64,000 bases of DNA, from contig OY820905.2 of the NCBI GenBank assembly GCA_963555755.3, positions 2,048,001 through 2,112,000 on the forward strand, written 5' to 3'. This document shows positions 1-9,407 of this stretch, one piece after another. Numbering within the stretch: the stretch's first letter is position 1; each line of letters opens with the position of its first letter. Origin of the DNA: Nitrospirales bacterium. Its GTDB lineage: Bacteria; Nitrospirota; Nitrospiria; Nitrospirales; UBA8639. The notes beneath the pieces were generated by a model, which was not told the DNA's origin, searched no databases, and was given only the letters and a program-made list of their open reading frames with translations. The translations under genes and the position numbers were made by a program.

Positions 1-30
1 GTTCACAACCATTCCTGCGAGGCAAGGCTT

Positions 31-1287
31 ATGCGATGGGTTTTTCGAGCGGTGCTCCTGATCCTGATTCTTATCCCGGTATCCATGGTCGGTGCAGCGT
101 ATTTGGCCATTGAAGACCAGCCCATGGTCCAGCGAGACGTTCAACTCACGCCCGACGAAGTACAACGAGCCAAAACGCTTTTCCAGGAACACGATCCTCG
201 CACCTTACAAAATGGCGAAGTCAAAACCATGACGATCAGCCAGCAAGACCTCAGCTTAGCCTCGAATTATTTGGTGCATCTCCTGGGACGCGGCGGGTCA
301 GTGGTAACGATCACCGATGGCTATCTTGTCAGCAAAACCACCGTCAAGCTCCCTAAGAATCCTGTGGGTGAGTATATCAACGTAGACCTCGGATTGGCGC
401 AAACACGAGAGCTGCCTCAGTTAGTGCATCTCCGCATTGGACAACTCGAGATTCCCATATGGATCGCGGAAAAAGGACTTCAGCTTGTGCTCAATCAAGC
501 CTATGCCGAAACAGGATCTCCCGCAGCCAGCGAGGTCATTCACCATGTCGCCATTCACCGCAACGAAATACAGGTCACCTATCAATGGGATACCAACATC
601 ACCGATATTGTTCGAAACGTGCTGGTCTCACCGGAGGATCAAGAACGCTTGAAAGCCTATCATCAACGACTCACTCAGGTCGCCGCCAATATAGGGTCGC
701 GCTCCACCGTGTCCCTCGTCAGGCTCATGCAACCGTTATTTGCCTTGGCCCAGGAACGTTCGAAAACCGGGGACGCAGTTCAAGAAAACCGTGCCGTGGT
801 TCTGGTGCTCTCTGACTACATCAATGGCCGAGGATTGAGGCGGCTTGCGCCCGACTCCGAACATTGGCCACAGCCGGTTCGGCACAAAGTCACGCTCGCC
901 GGGCGAAAAGACTTTTCGCAACACTTTATTATTTCCGCTGCGCTTTCCATGGAAGGCGGCAATCTGATGTCGAACGCCATCGGATTAATGAAAGAAATAG
1001 ATGATTCCCATGGCGGCAGCGGATTCAGCTTTACCGATTTGGGCGCGGATATGGCCGGCACGCGGTTCGGACTACAAGTCACCACTCCAACTTCTGCCAG
1101 CCATCTGCAACGCCGACTCGCCAACTCCGTTCGTGAACAAGACCTGATGCCGGAGGTCAGTGATTTACCTGAAGGATTGTCAGAACCGGAATTCGTCGAA
1201 CGCTTTGGTGGTGTGGATAGTCCGCGGTATAACCAGCTTGTCGCCAAAATCGATCGACGGGTGGCTGGTCTTAGCCTCTACCAATAA
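31..1287 (+). CDS. Membrane-anchored hypothetical protein with a C-terminal YfiM/DUF2279-like motif
   Basis: 418-aa ORF with N-terminal hydrophobic helix; C-terminal QHF..SA...KE.DDS.GGSGFSF.DL.AD.AG. Confidence 0.75.
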   Translation: MRWVFRAVLLILILIPVSMVGAAYLAIEDQPMVQRDVQLTPDEVQRAKTLFQEHDPRTLQNGEVKTMTISQQDLSLASNYLVHLLGRGGSVVTITDGYLVSKTTVKLPKNPVGEYINVDLGLAQTRELPQLVHLRIGQLEIPIWIAEKGLQLVLNQAYAETGSPAASEVIHHVAIHRNEIQVTYQWDTNITDIVRNVLVSPEDQERLKAYHQRLTQVAANIGSRSTVSLVRLMQPLFALAQERSKTGDAVQENRAVVLVLSDYINGRGLRRLAPDSEHWPQPVRHKVTLAGRKDFSQHFIISAALSMEGGNLMSNAIGLMKEIDDSHGGSGFSFTDLGADMAGTRFGLQVTTPTSASHLQRRLANSVREQDLMPEVSDLPEGLSEPEFVERFGGVDSPRYNQLVAKIDRRVAGLSLYQ

Positions 1288-1448
1288 TTCTGCTTTGTCT
1301 TCAGAGTAAGGATAGGCCCCAAAGAATCCATTACCCTTTGGCTTGGTTTCTCATTAAACCAGCCCCTTGCTTCCTCGGCATCGATTAACACCACATCCCT
1401 GAATTCCAACCACACGACAGGAGGAGCGGTTTTTTTCTAGATTTCATC

Positions 1449-1478
1449 TTGACACCTCTTTCCCGAGAAGCCTATGAT
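1449..1478 (+). promoter_or_regulatory. Sigma70-like promoter
   Basis: TTGACA-N18-TATGAT. Confidence 0.6.
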
Positions 1479-1484
1479 TTTTTT

Positions 1485-1602
1485 ATTACATTAAATTGCG
1501 GGTGTAGCTGATGGGGGTAACGTCTTTACATCCAGTCCCTTGGGTGGTGGAAACAGAGCCAAGCCTTTTTGGTCGTCATGACTGGAAGGGCTTTTTTGTT
1601 TT
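1485..1602 (+). ncRNA. Candidate small or leader RNA of unknown class
   Basis: Lies between a promoter and an intrinsic terminator; stems GGGTGTAG/TTACATCC and CTTGG/CCAAG with a TG-GAAA-CA loop. Confidence 0.4.
1561..1602 (+). terminator. Intrinsic terminator
   Basis: AAGCCTTTTTGGTC-GTCAT-GACTGGAAGGGCTT hairpin followed by TTTTGTTTT. Confidence 0.6.
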
Positions 1603-1810
1603 CCCTACGTCACCACGAATATCCGGCTCCATCAAAACCCTGGGGGATAAGGAAGTGAAAACACGCAGAAAAGGCTTCCAAGGTCAAACGCTCGGCTCAG
1701 TCTACGATAATCGTATACACGAATCCCCTTTGGGGATATGAGTGTAATTCTGATAGGGTGGGTAAACCCTACAATAAATAGCCATCTTTTTCCTTTCAAG
1801 GAGGTGTTCA

Positions 1811-2611
1811 ATGGCAGGTCCGAAGTCAGGGTCTTTTTTTGGATCGAACGAATCAACGAATGGGTGTGTGATGGTGGTAGAAGATGATCCCGCTGTCCGG
1901 AGTGGAGTCTGTCAGTTCCTTCAAAAAGCGGGATACGACGTCGTTGAAGTGGATGATGGAGCGAAGGCCATCGAAACCATCGGTGCCGGAGAGAATCCCC
2001 TGATGGTCGATGTCGTAATCACGGATATCGACAAACCCACGGGAATGGAGGCTATCAACTTCCTCAAAAAGCAGTATCCCCGCGTGTCGGTAATCGCGCT
2101 CACGGGGTTAGAAGAGAACAAGCCGCCCACTCAGGAACAAACACAAGTGGTCATTCTGGGCGCAGGAAAAGGTGGCACTGCATTCCTTGACCTGTTGAGC
2201 CACCTCCCTGATGTCAAAATTGTGGGCATCACCGACAAAGTCTCGTCTTCACCTGGGTTAACCCGTGCCCGTCAACTTGGAGTCCCCGTTTGGGACAATA
2301 TCACAGACCTCATTGCTCAGGACGGTGTGAATCTGATTGTGGACGTCACCGGCAACCCGGACATGCCTCAGGTTATTGAGAAACATAAGAGTAATAAAGC
2401 CGAAATTCTTGGCGGCGCTGCATCAAAGCTTCTCTGGAATGTAGCGCAGTACGAATCTCAGATGCAGAATCATGTGTTGCAAACGGAGAAAGTCTCCAAC
2501 CTGATGAAAGCAGGATTGATCTTCGATTATCTGGTCAAACCGGTGCGGGAAGATAAGATCAACACCATGATCACCCAGGCCATGGATCATCGGGAAATCG
2601 CCAAGCTCTAA
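1811..2611 (+). CDS. Response regulator receiver domain with an inserted Rossmann-fold domain
   Basis: RBS AAGGAGG; VEDD...ITD...ALTG, then VVILGAGKGG Rossmann motif, then FDYLVKP receiver C-terminus. Confidence 0.85.
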   Translation: MAGPKSGSFFGSNESTNGCVMVVEDDPAVRSGVCQFLQKAGYDVVEVDDGAKAIETIGAGENPLMVDVVITDIDKPTGMEAINFLKKQYPRVSVIALTGLEENKPPTQEQTQVVILGAGKGGTAFLDLLSHLPDVKIVGITDKVSSSPGLTRARQLGVPVWDNITDLIAQDGVNLIVDVTGNPDMPQVIEKHKSNKAEILGGAASKLLWNVAQYESQMQNHVLQTEKVSNLMKAGLIFDYLVKPVREDKINTMITQAMDHREIAKL

Positions 2612-2905
2612 ACGACCACCGACTCTCGCAACAGACGTGATGCGAAATTTGTAAACGGAGGCACCATAGGGGAGGACAAAACCTCCGCTGTGGTGCCCTG
2701 GCCCTCCATTTTCAAATTGATGTCAATGAAAATAGGGCTTGTCCGGAAAACACGGCTCCACCCTCTTTCCGTCCTCTTGATAACATTTGGCCCTCACCCC
2801 CGTTCCTGTTTTTTCAGCAGACGCTCACCATTAAACCTAGAAAACACTGCTAGCGAGAACATTCAAGACAACAAGTGCGTCCTCAACAACCTATGAGGTG
2901 TGCTT

Positions 2906-3166
2906 ATGAGTCTTTATCCTTTCTCGCCTTCACGAAAACCTTGGGTGAAACCCACAGCAGCCGCGAACGAACTGGCAGCCCGTTTCCAACTTGGACCATC
3001 GCCAGCCATGATGTTATTCGGCTCCTCCCTTCGGTGCCGAAAATGTCAAGGATTGGTGATGATCCGATTACAAGACTTAGGAACTCTGCCAGAAATTCGG
3101 TGCGTGAATTGTGGATGGCGGCCACAGTATCATGACCGAGTCACGACGGAGTCGGACGCGAGTTGA
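2906..3166 (+). CDS. Small zinc-ribbon-like protein
   Basis: GAGGTG RBS; CRKC...CVNCG motifs. Confidence 0.6.
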   Translation: MSLYPFSPSRKPWVKPTAAANELAARFQLGPSPAMMLFGSSLRCRKCQGLVMIRLQDLGTLPEIRCVNCGWRPQYHDRVTTESDAS

Positions 3167-3476
3167 TCCATCAGGCCAGCCACGAAGAAATTGTTACACG
3201 ACGATGTCTTCAAAATTCATTAGGGTGGGAACAATTATGACACACAGACTGGTGGGCATCTGCACATACCCGAATGACCGAGTACGTCAACGAGCAGGTC
3301 TTGCCCCTCCGTTCGACGTGGCAACGAAGGTCATAGAAATTTTGACTGTGGTTGCGAGAGGAAAGATCCAAATGTTGCTACATTGGAGAAGAGAGAAGAA
3401 AAATTCCTAGCAGATTCCTATCGCCCTCTGACGGCCACCCTGGCATGAAAAAAAGTAGAGTATCAGCGTAATATCT

Positions 3477-3941
3477 TTATTGGGAGCCAGAAAATTGAAG
3501 CTGCCGCCAGGCTTCATAGGCAATGACGGCGACCGCGTTGTTCAAATTCAGGCTACGGCTATTGGGTTTCATAGGAATGCGCAAGCGATGGATTGATGGC
3601 ACGTTGGCTAAAAAGTCGGCTGGAAGGCCTCTGGTTTCTGGGCCAAAAAACAGAGCATCACCTCGTGCGAAAGACACCTCGTGATACTGGGTTTGGCCTT
3701 TGGTGGTAATCGCAAATACTCGGGCGGGTTTTCTTTCATCGAGATAGGCTTCAAGGTTGGCATGAACGGACATGTTGGCTAACTCATGATAATCCAACCC
3801 TGCACGCCGAGCCTTTCGGTCATCGATTTTAAAACCCAAGGGGCGAATCAAATGCAGTGGGAAACCGGTATTCGCGCACAGCCGAATAATATTCCCGGCG
3901 TTCTGAGGAATTTCCGGTTGATAGAGAACGATATCCAGCAT
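3477..3941 (-). CDS. trmL: tRNA (cytidine/uridine34-2'-O)-methyltransferase
   Basis: [29 protein letters not shown] and RSLNL SPOUT motifs. Confidence 0.95.
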   Translation of the reverse strand: MLDIVLYQPEIPQNAGNIIRLCANTGFPLHLIRPLGFKIDDRKARRAGLDYHELANMSVHANLEAYLDERKPARVFAITTKGQTQYHEVSFARGDALFFGPETRGLPADFLANVPSIHRLRIPMKPNSRSLNLNNAVAVIAYEAWRQLQFSGSQ

Positions 3942-3975
3942 CAACAGGCATCACTACGATAGGCTGTTCCCTTAT

Positions 3976-4461
3976 TTATCCAACACCACAACATTTTTTA
4001 TACTTCTTCCCACTTCCACAGGGGCAGGGATCATTTCGCCCAACCTTGGGTGAAGCACGAACCACGGTTTGGCTTGGTTGCGAGCTATTCGAGTAATACC
4101 ATACTCCGTCCCGTTTATGAAATTGACTCAGCTCATGATGAATTTGTGGCCCTTCTTCGGTGAGAAACGTGGCCTTGAATTCGACTGTGCCGACCTCATC
4201 ATCCACACCACCCTGGGCGGTCTCAATGATTTCTAACCCATCCCAATTGGTCGTCTGGGCCCATTCCCGACTCCCCTGCATATCAATGTCCTGGCTTGTC
4301 TTGGGATCATGCGTCTGCTCAATAAAATCCATCTGAATTTGCGTATAAGCCGTATACCGGGCTCGCATGAGTTGCTCAGCGGTCTCTGCCTGTTTTTTCC
4401 CTATAATCAGAGGCTCGCAACAGTGACTATACTTCACTCCACTTTGACACGGACACTGCAT
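3976..4461 (-). CDS. YchJ family protein with SEC-C motifs
   Basis: [37 protein letters not shown]. Confidence 0.92.
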   Translation of the reverse strand: MQCPCQSGVKYSHCCEPLIIGKKQAETAEQLMRARYTAYTQIQMDFIEQTHDPKTSQDIDMQGSREWAQTTNWDGLEIIETAQGGVDDEVGTVEFKATFLTEEGPQIHHELSQFHKRDGVWYYSNSSQPSQTVVRASPKVGRNDPCPCGSGKKYKKCCGVG

Positions 4462-4503
4462 ACCACACTCCATTTTGGATGATTCGAAAAACGTCGCCCT
4501 TTT

Positions 4504-4682
4504 GGACCTGAGAGAAAATAACTTGGACATCTCGCATCCAATCTTCGGGCCATCTTTGAACGGGCCTCAATCGAAACACCCTCAATATAGCTGGGCTATG
4601 CCTCGGGTCCTTCTCAATCGTTCCGTCCAAATCCGACCCAAATCTTGGCGCAATATTGTCCAAGATATTTTCTCTCAGGTCC
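4504..4682. mobile_element. MITE family A (copy 1)
   Basis: TIR GGACCTGAGAGAAAATAACTTG; near-identical to 34781-34959. Confidence 0.85.
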
Positions 4683-4738
4683 TTGTACGTTCCTCTGACA
4701 AAGAAGTCAAAAGCTCATAACCCATACCCTTATTCTAA

Positions 4739-5638
4739 TCAGCGGTAAACCGAGAGGTAGGCACTATCGGCTTTTTTTCTGACCCAGGGGAATCGGAATA
4801 GCGTCCGAATCTGGCTGGAGTATTGCCCAATGTTGGCGTGTTGCCACAAGCCTTTTTCAAAATAGCGCTCATTCTCGATGTCACTGACAAATCCGGCAAA
4901 CCGTTCTTCCGTAAAAAAACTCACCGCCCAACTATTGGTCCACCTTGGTTGACACTGGCGAACATAGTCATCCACCTGGTAGAGCAGGGCTTGCATCTTT
5001 TCCAAATCAGTCATCACGGATTCACTGGTCAGAAGAAACAGCACATCATGGTCCTCGGGAATGCTGATAAGACCAATGGCCTGTTCTTGTTTTCCGCAGG
5101 CGATATCATCAATGGCATACACATCCCGTTGCCCAAGATCATCTTTGGGAATCGTAATGGTCCGAGGCGCTCCGTTTTTGCATACAAATTTTAGAGAAGG
5201 CGGGGGACAATCCCACTGAAGCTGAACACCGAAACGTTGAATGTCCTCCAACAGAGTCGGCATCCGATGGTTTAACACCAACGTATCTTGCACCGACTCG
5301 CCCGGAAGAAGCCGAATGCGTTGCGAACCGAAATTCCCACGAAAAATGCTTTGCGCAAGAGGACTGTGTGGCGCATCCATGCGAAACGCCAAGAGCCACT
5401 TGGAATCATTCGGAGGAGTCCAGGGCAAGTCATGCACATCCACAGTTAAAGTTTCAGAGCTGATATTGGTCAAATGAATGTGGATTTCATACTGACGGTT
5501 CTGAGGCTTCTTTAAAAAGACTTCCAAAGCCAGGGGCAACCGAGGTTCTGCTTCAGGCTCTTCGGCTTGGCCGATTGAGGCCGACATAACGGCCAGGACT
5601 CCAAAGCAAAATAATGTCGGCCATAACAATCTCTTCAT
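4739..5638 (-). CDS. Secreted hypothetical protein
   Basis: Long ORF with signal peptide MKRLLWPTLFCFG... Confidence 0.7.
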   Translation of the reverse strand: MKRLLWPTLFCFGVLAVMSASIGQAEEPEAEPRLPLALEVFLKKPQNRQYEIHIHLTNISSETLTVDVHDLPWTPPNDSKWLLAFRMDAPHSPLAQSIFRGNFGSQRIRLLPGESVQDTLVLNHRMPTLLEDIQRFGVQLQWDCPPPSLKFVCKNGAPRTITIPKDDLGQRDVYAIDDIACGKQEQAIGLISIPEDHDVLFLLTSESVMTDLEKMQALLYQVDDYVRQCQPRWTNSWAVSFFTEERFAGFVSDIENERYFEKGLWQHANIGQYSSQIRTLFRFPWVRKKADSAYLSVYR

Positions 5639-5780
5639 GTGATTTTCAGGGAACACGTGATGGCAAATAGCAGATCGTGGGATTTGACCTCCCTCCAATA
5701 ACAAGATAGGTCTATTCCAAGTGAATGGTCAAATCAAATTCAATTCGCTATGGTATACTCAATAGAGGAAATCCAAAACT

Positions 5781-5869
5781 CGAATATCGAAATCCGAAAC
5801 AATTTCAAACGTCCCGTTTGAAGCATTCTAAGTTTGGCATTTCAGATTTGTTTCGAATTTCGATATTCG
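5781..5869. repeat. Intergenic inverted repeat of short CGAAAT-type units
   Basis: CGAATATCGAAATCCGAAACAA ... TTGTTTCGAATTTCGATATTCG. Confidence 0.7.
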
Positions 5870-5935
5870 TATTTCGAGTGTATGGAACGTATTGTAAAAC
5901 GACTAAATTTTACGAATGCACGCTCAGGATCGCCA

Positions 5936-7651
5936 ATGAAGACATCCTTTGTCCAACGTAAGGGCCGATGCAAGATTGCAGGTATTCTGGGAACCACCCT
6001 TCTCATGATTGTATGTGCGAGTCCCTCGGTGCTCAGCGATGATCAGCCCATAGACATGATTGCCGATCAGGCAACAACCGAGTGGTGGAATGGTGCCACA
6101 ACCCGTGCGCTGGATATTCTTGACCAAGGGATTCGAGACTATCCTCACGCTCCCACGCTCCACAAATTGCGAGGTGATGTCCTCGCAACCTCCCGCCGTG
6201 AGCATGACGCCGTGAAGGCCTATGAGACTGCACTGAAACACGCACCTGACGCGTTGGATGTCCGATGGGCGAAATGGAGTGTGTTACTTCGATCGGGGCA
6301 GGGCGAAAAAGCCATCGCCGAGCTTCAACATATTGCCCAACTCGATGCCAACAATCCCCTAGTGCCCTTACGGTTGGCGCAAGACCTCCGCAAACTCGAT
6401 CGTCTGGAGGAATCCCTGGAGTGGTATACCAAAGCGGTAGAACTGGTTCCGGACATGCCGGGTTGGCGGTTGGCGATGGCCCGGGCACAGTTTGATACCT
6501 TGGATGGCCGGGGCGCACGCGACGAAGTCAAACGCGTCCTAACAATGGTGAAACCTGGTTCGCCCGAGGAGATCGCAGCCCGCAGTCTGTTGTTGGTGGT
6601 CTATGGAGCCACCAAAGAACGAGGCCGACGCCATCAATATATTTTCAGTCCGGAAGGGACGTCGGCAGAGCGTAAGGAATGGGCCATGATTCGCGCAGAA
6701 TCATGGAGACTTGTCGAGGCGGAACGCTATGAGGAGGCCGAAACACTTTTGCGAAAAGTGCTCGTCCTCAAGCCCAATGACTACCGCGCAACGCATGACC
6801 TCGGAAGGGCCTTAATAGGCTTAGATCGGTGCCAGGATGCCGTGGATGTATTTGAAAAAATGTCAGGCCTGAGTCCCTCTGACGAAGTCTATGCCGACAC
6901 GTTTTTTCGGATAGGCCGATGTCTGATGAAGTTGGAACAATGGTCGGAAGCTCTTCTTTATTTTGAAGTACTGCATGACGCCGCCGTGGAGTTTGACCTC
7001 TCCACCAAGGACGCTCCAACCAAAGAGGGGCTGACCGTGTTGGATGCAGAGAAACTGGCCTGGTGGATCAAGAAAGTGAAACAACATCTTCCCGATCAGG
7101 CAAATGAGCGCACACCCCCCATCGATCCTAATAGCCCTACCCCCATGACTGAGGAAGAACTCTACGACCAACTTGCCAAAGAGAGGCTGGAACCCGAGAT
7201 CCCGATTTTCACACGGGCAGCGCTGATGGGGCGAGACGCTGATTTCAGTTTATTTCGATATGTCATTCCCGCCAACCGCGTCATGCGGGATGATCGACCA
7301 ACAGGCGCCCACGATTTTATCCCCATCGATCCACACGATACCTTTCCCACCACCCAGGGAGAAATCCACTTGGTATTTGGACTCGTCACCGCCTCCAACG
7401 ATGAGGTGCCACTCATCGCCGAATGTTATCTTGAAACCTCCAAAATCACCGGGGACCAACACGCCCTAGCCCAAGACCATATCGTCATGAGCATGAGTGA
7501 ACAAACCGGCTACTTTCTTTTATCCCCACCCGACACAGGATGGCCCCTCGGCCTTCACCGTTGCGGATTGTTTTTAGGCAATGAAGTGTCCGCCTACACC
7601 CACGCCGACGAAGTCCGGTTTCGAATCGTTGAACCCACCCCGTCGTCCTAA
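5936..7651 (+). CDS. Exported tetratricopeptide repeat protein
   Basis: N-terminal hydrophobic segment, multiple TPR helices, C-terminal beta-rich domain. Confidence 0.85.
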   Translation: MKTSFVQRKGRCKIAGILGTTLLMIVCASPSVLSDDQPIDMIADQATTEWWNGATTRALDILDQGIRDYPHAPTLHKLRGDVLATSRREHDAVKAYETALKHAPDALDVRWAKWSVLLRSGQGEKAIAELQHIAQLDANNPLVPLRLAQDLRKLDRLEESLEWYTKAVELVPDMPGWRLAMARAQFDTLDGRGARDEVKRVLTMVKPGSPEEIAARSLLLVVYGATKERGRRHQYIFSPEGTSAERKEWAMIRAESWRLVEAERYEEAETLLRKVLVLKPNDYRATHDLGRALIGLDRCQDAVDVFEKMSGLSPSDEVYADTFFRIGRCLMKLEQWSEALLYFEVLHDAAVEFDLSTKDAPTKEGLTVLDAEKLAWWIKKVKQHLPDQANERTPPIDPNSPTPMTEEELYDQLAKERLEPEIPIFTRAALMGRDADFSLFRYVIPANRVMRDDRPTGAHDFIPIDPHDTFPTTQGEIHLVFGLVTASNDEVPLIAECYLETSKITGDQHALAQDHIVMSMSEQTGYFLLSPPDTGWPLGLHRCGLFLGNEVSAYTHADEVRFRIVEPTPSS

Positions 7652-7680
7652 CACACCTGATAGGATGCTAAAAAAGCACG

Positions 7681-7795
7681 CCCTTCGACTGCCGGGGTGA
7701 CCGCGGCGCTCATGGCGAACGAACTCTCACCCAACGGGTGACGGCCACGGCACCCCAGTCGTGCTGAGCCCTGAGCTTGTCGAAGGGTCGAAGTA
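7681..7795. repeat. REP-like palindromic pair (CCTTCGAC / GCTTGTCGAAG type)
   Basis: CCCTTCGAC...GCTCATGGCGAACG and GTCGTGCTGAGC...CTTGTCGAAGGGTCGAAG. Confidence 0.55.
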
Positions 7796-8128
7796 TAAAC
7801 GGGAAAGTGTCATGTACCAGTTGTTTTTAGGACTATATTCTGGTGTACTGCTAAAAAATTTGCATTTATCAACAGCCCCATAATATTACCGATGTGTGTT
7901 TCTGCGCCAGTAGGGGATCATTGAGGCTCTTGCTCCCTGACCTGAGGCAGCCCAGAGGCTGAATTGTCATCTGCGGGATGAGACTGAGAGTGTTCAACCC
8001 TCCTTAGGGTTTGTGTCCCACCTATCTGCATCAAAACCTGTATTGAGAACTATTTAGGAGCTCCTTCAATAAGATGACCATATGGGTTTGTTGACAAGAC
8101 CCGAAGTTAAAACCCATTTCAATTTACA

Positions 8129-8156
8129 TTGACCTAGTTGGGTAAGGTGATACAAT
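8129..8156 (+). promoter_or_regulatory. Sigma70-like promoter of the CBS gene
   Basis: TTGACC-N16-TACAAT with an extended TG. Confidence 0.5.
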
Positions 8157-8274
8157 CCAAGTAGAGATACAAGGTGTGTGGAAATTTTCCTAGTTGGACT
8201 CGACAAACATATAAGGGTATTCGCTCCTATCGCCTTCTTAACATTCTTTTGACTTTCAACACGGAGGAATCCTC

Positions 8275-8691
8275 ATGTCAGACTTAGCTGAGATCATCCG
8301 AAAAAATATCAAATCAATTGCTGCTGACCAGACTGCACTTGAGGCAGCTCGTCGAATGCGGGATGAACGAATTGGTTCACTGCTCGTCACAAAAAATGAT
8401 GAATATGTGGGCATTCTCACTGAGACTGATTTCGTACGAAAAGCTGCCGCCGAGGGGAAAAATGTTTCAACGCTTTCTGTCGAAGCTTTAATGAATCAGC
8501 CCGTTATAAGCATTGAATCAACGAAGACGGTACGGGATGCTATCGACAGGATGGGTGACTTTGGGATTCGCCATTTGGTGGTACGTGAAGCGGGGAAGGT
8601 CGTTGGGATGGTCTCTGTCCGGGATATTCTGATGTATTTTAAAAGTTTCACTAAACCAAGTTACTCCGAACCAAACATTACCCAAGACTAA
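8275..8691 (+). CDS. CBS domain pair protein
   Basis: GGAGG RBS; IGSLLV...VGILTETD and IRHLVV...VGMVSVRD. Confidence 0.92.
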   Translation: MSDLAEIIRKNIKSIAADQTALEAARRMRDERIGSLLVTKNDEYVGILTETDFVRKAAAEGKNVSTLSVEALMNQPVISIESTKTVRDAIDRMGDFGIRHLVVREAGKVVGMVSVRDILMYFKSFTKPSYSEPNITQD

Positions 8692-8828
8692 TTCCTAACA
8701 GGAATCCCGACAAAATATTTCAGTAATCTCGCAGGGTCAAAAAACTCGACACACCAGTTTCAGGTCTTCTGCCAAACCAACATCACACCATCAACCTTGG
8801 AGGGAACGAGAAGCCTTGGGATGGTTTA

Positions 8829-9169
8829 GGAGCCTGTCCGAGATTCGCGATCGTCACGAGGATGTGCTGGTTTGAGTCAGATGTTTTGATCATTTGAAGC
8901 GAATAGTGGGAATATTCAAAAAGGCCGTCCACCAAGACCGCAGAGCTTCCCGGCCTTCGTAGCCAAAGGCTACTTCGGCGGAGTAGGCTTAGCGCGCGGA
9001 GCGTACACGGAGTACGTGAGCACGCCAAAACCCCGAGAACGCAGCTGACTTGTCTGCCGTAGCCTTGGCGAAGGCTGGTGGCCTTTTTCAACATTCCCCG
9101 AAAAGGATCGGAAGATCTGGCCACTTCCAGCACATCCGCAGTAGATTCGGCTAATCTGGGACAGGCTCC
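8829..9169. mobile_element. MITE family C with nested family D (8908-9098)
   Basis: TIR GGAGCCTGTCC, TA on both flanks; inner element GGGAATATTCAAAAA...TTTTTCAACATTCCC. Confidence 0.85.
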
Positions 9170-9304
9170 TAGAGCAACCAACAGTCGATCAGAGGGCCAT
9201 GGCCCAAAGAAGCCTGATGTTCTGTCGAGTTGCGCTGTGCCTTGAGAAATAATGTCAGATTCGATTAAAAGAAACCCAGCCCCTGTTTAAAGAGAGGTGA
9301 ATCC

Positions 9305-9387
9305 ACGAGAATCGACATTTTATTCGAGTCTGACCCCATTTAATTACGAGAATCGACATTTTATTCGAGTCTGACCCCTTTTAATTA
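9305..9387 (+). repeat. 41-bp tandem duplication containing GAGTCTGACCCC
   Basis: Two adjacent copies of ACGAGAATCGACATTTTATTCGAGTCTGACCCC(A/T)TTTAATT. Confidence 0.85.
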
Positions 9388-9407
9388 ACAATTATGAGCA
9401 AGCCGCT

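Noticed and set aside
1498..1570. tRNA-like start GCGGGTGTAGCT
   Set aside because: No T-arm (GTTC) and no acceptor-stem partner or CCA; not a tRNA
8783..9181. Recurring short ORFs with shared peptides (also 13969, 27975-28938, 34758, 39264, 44683, 51696-52437, 55089-55874)
   Set aside because: Translations of the MITE families; frames and lengths are not conserved between copies
9305..9387. Possible CRISPR array
   Set aside because: Only two adjacent copies, no unique spacer, no cas genes
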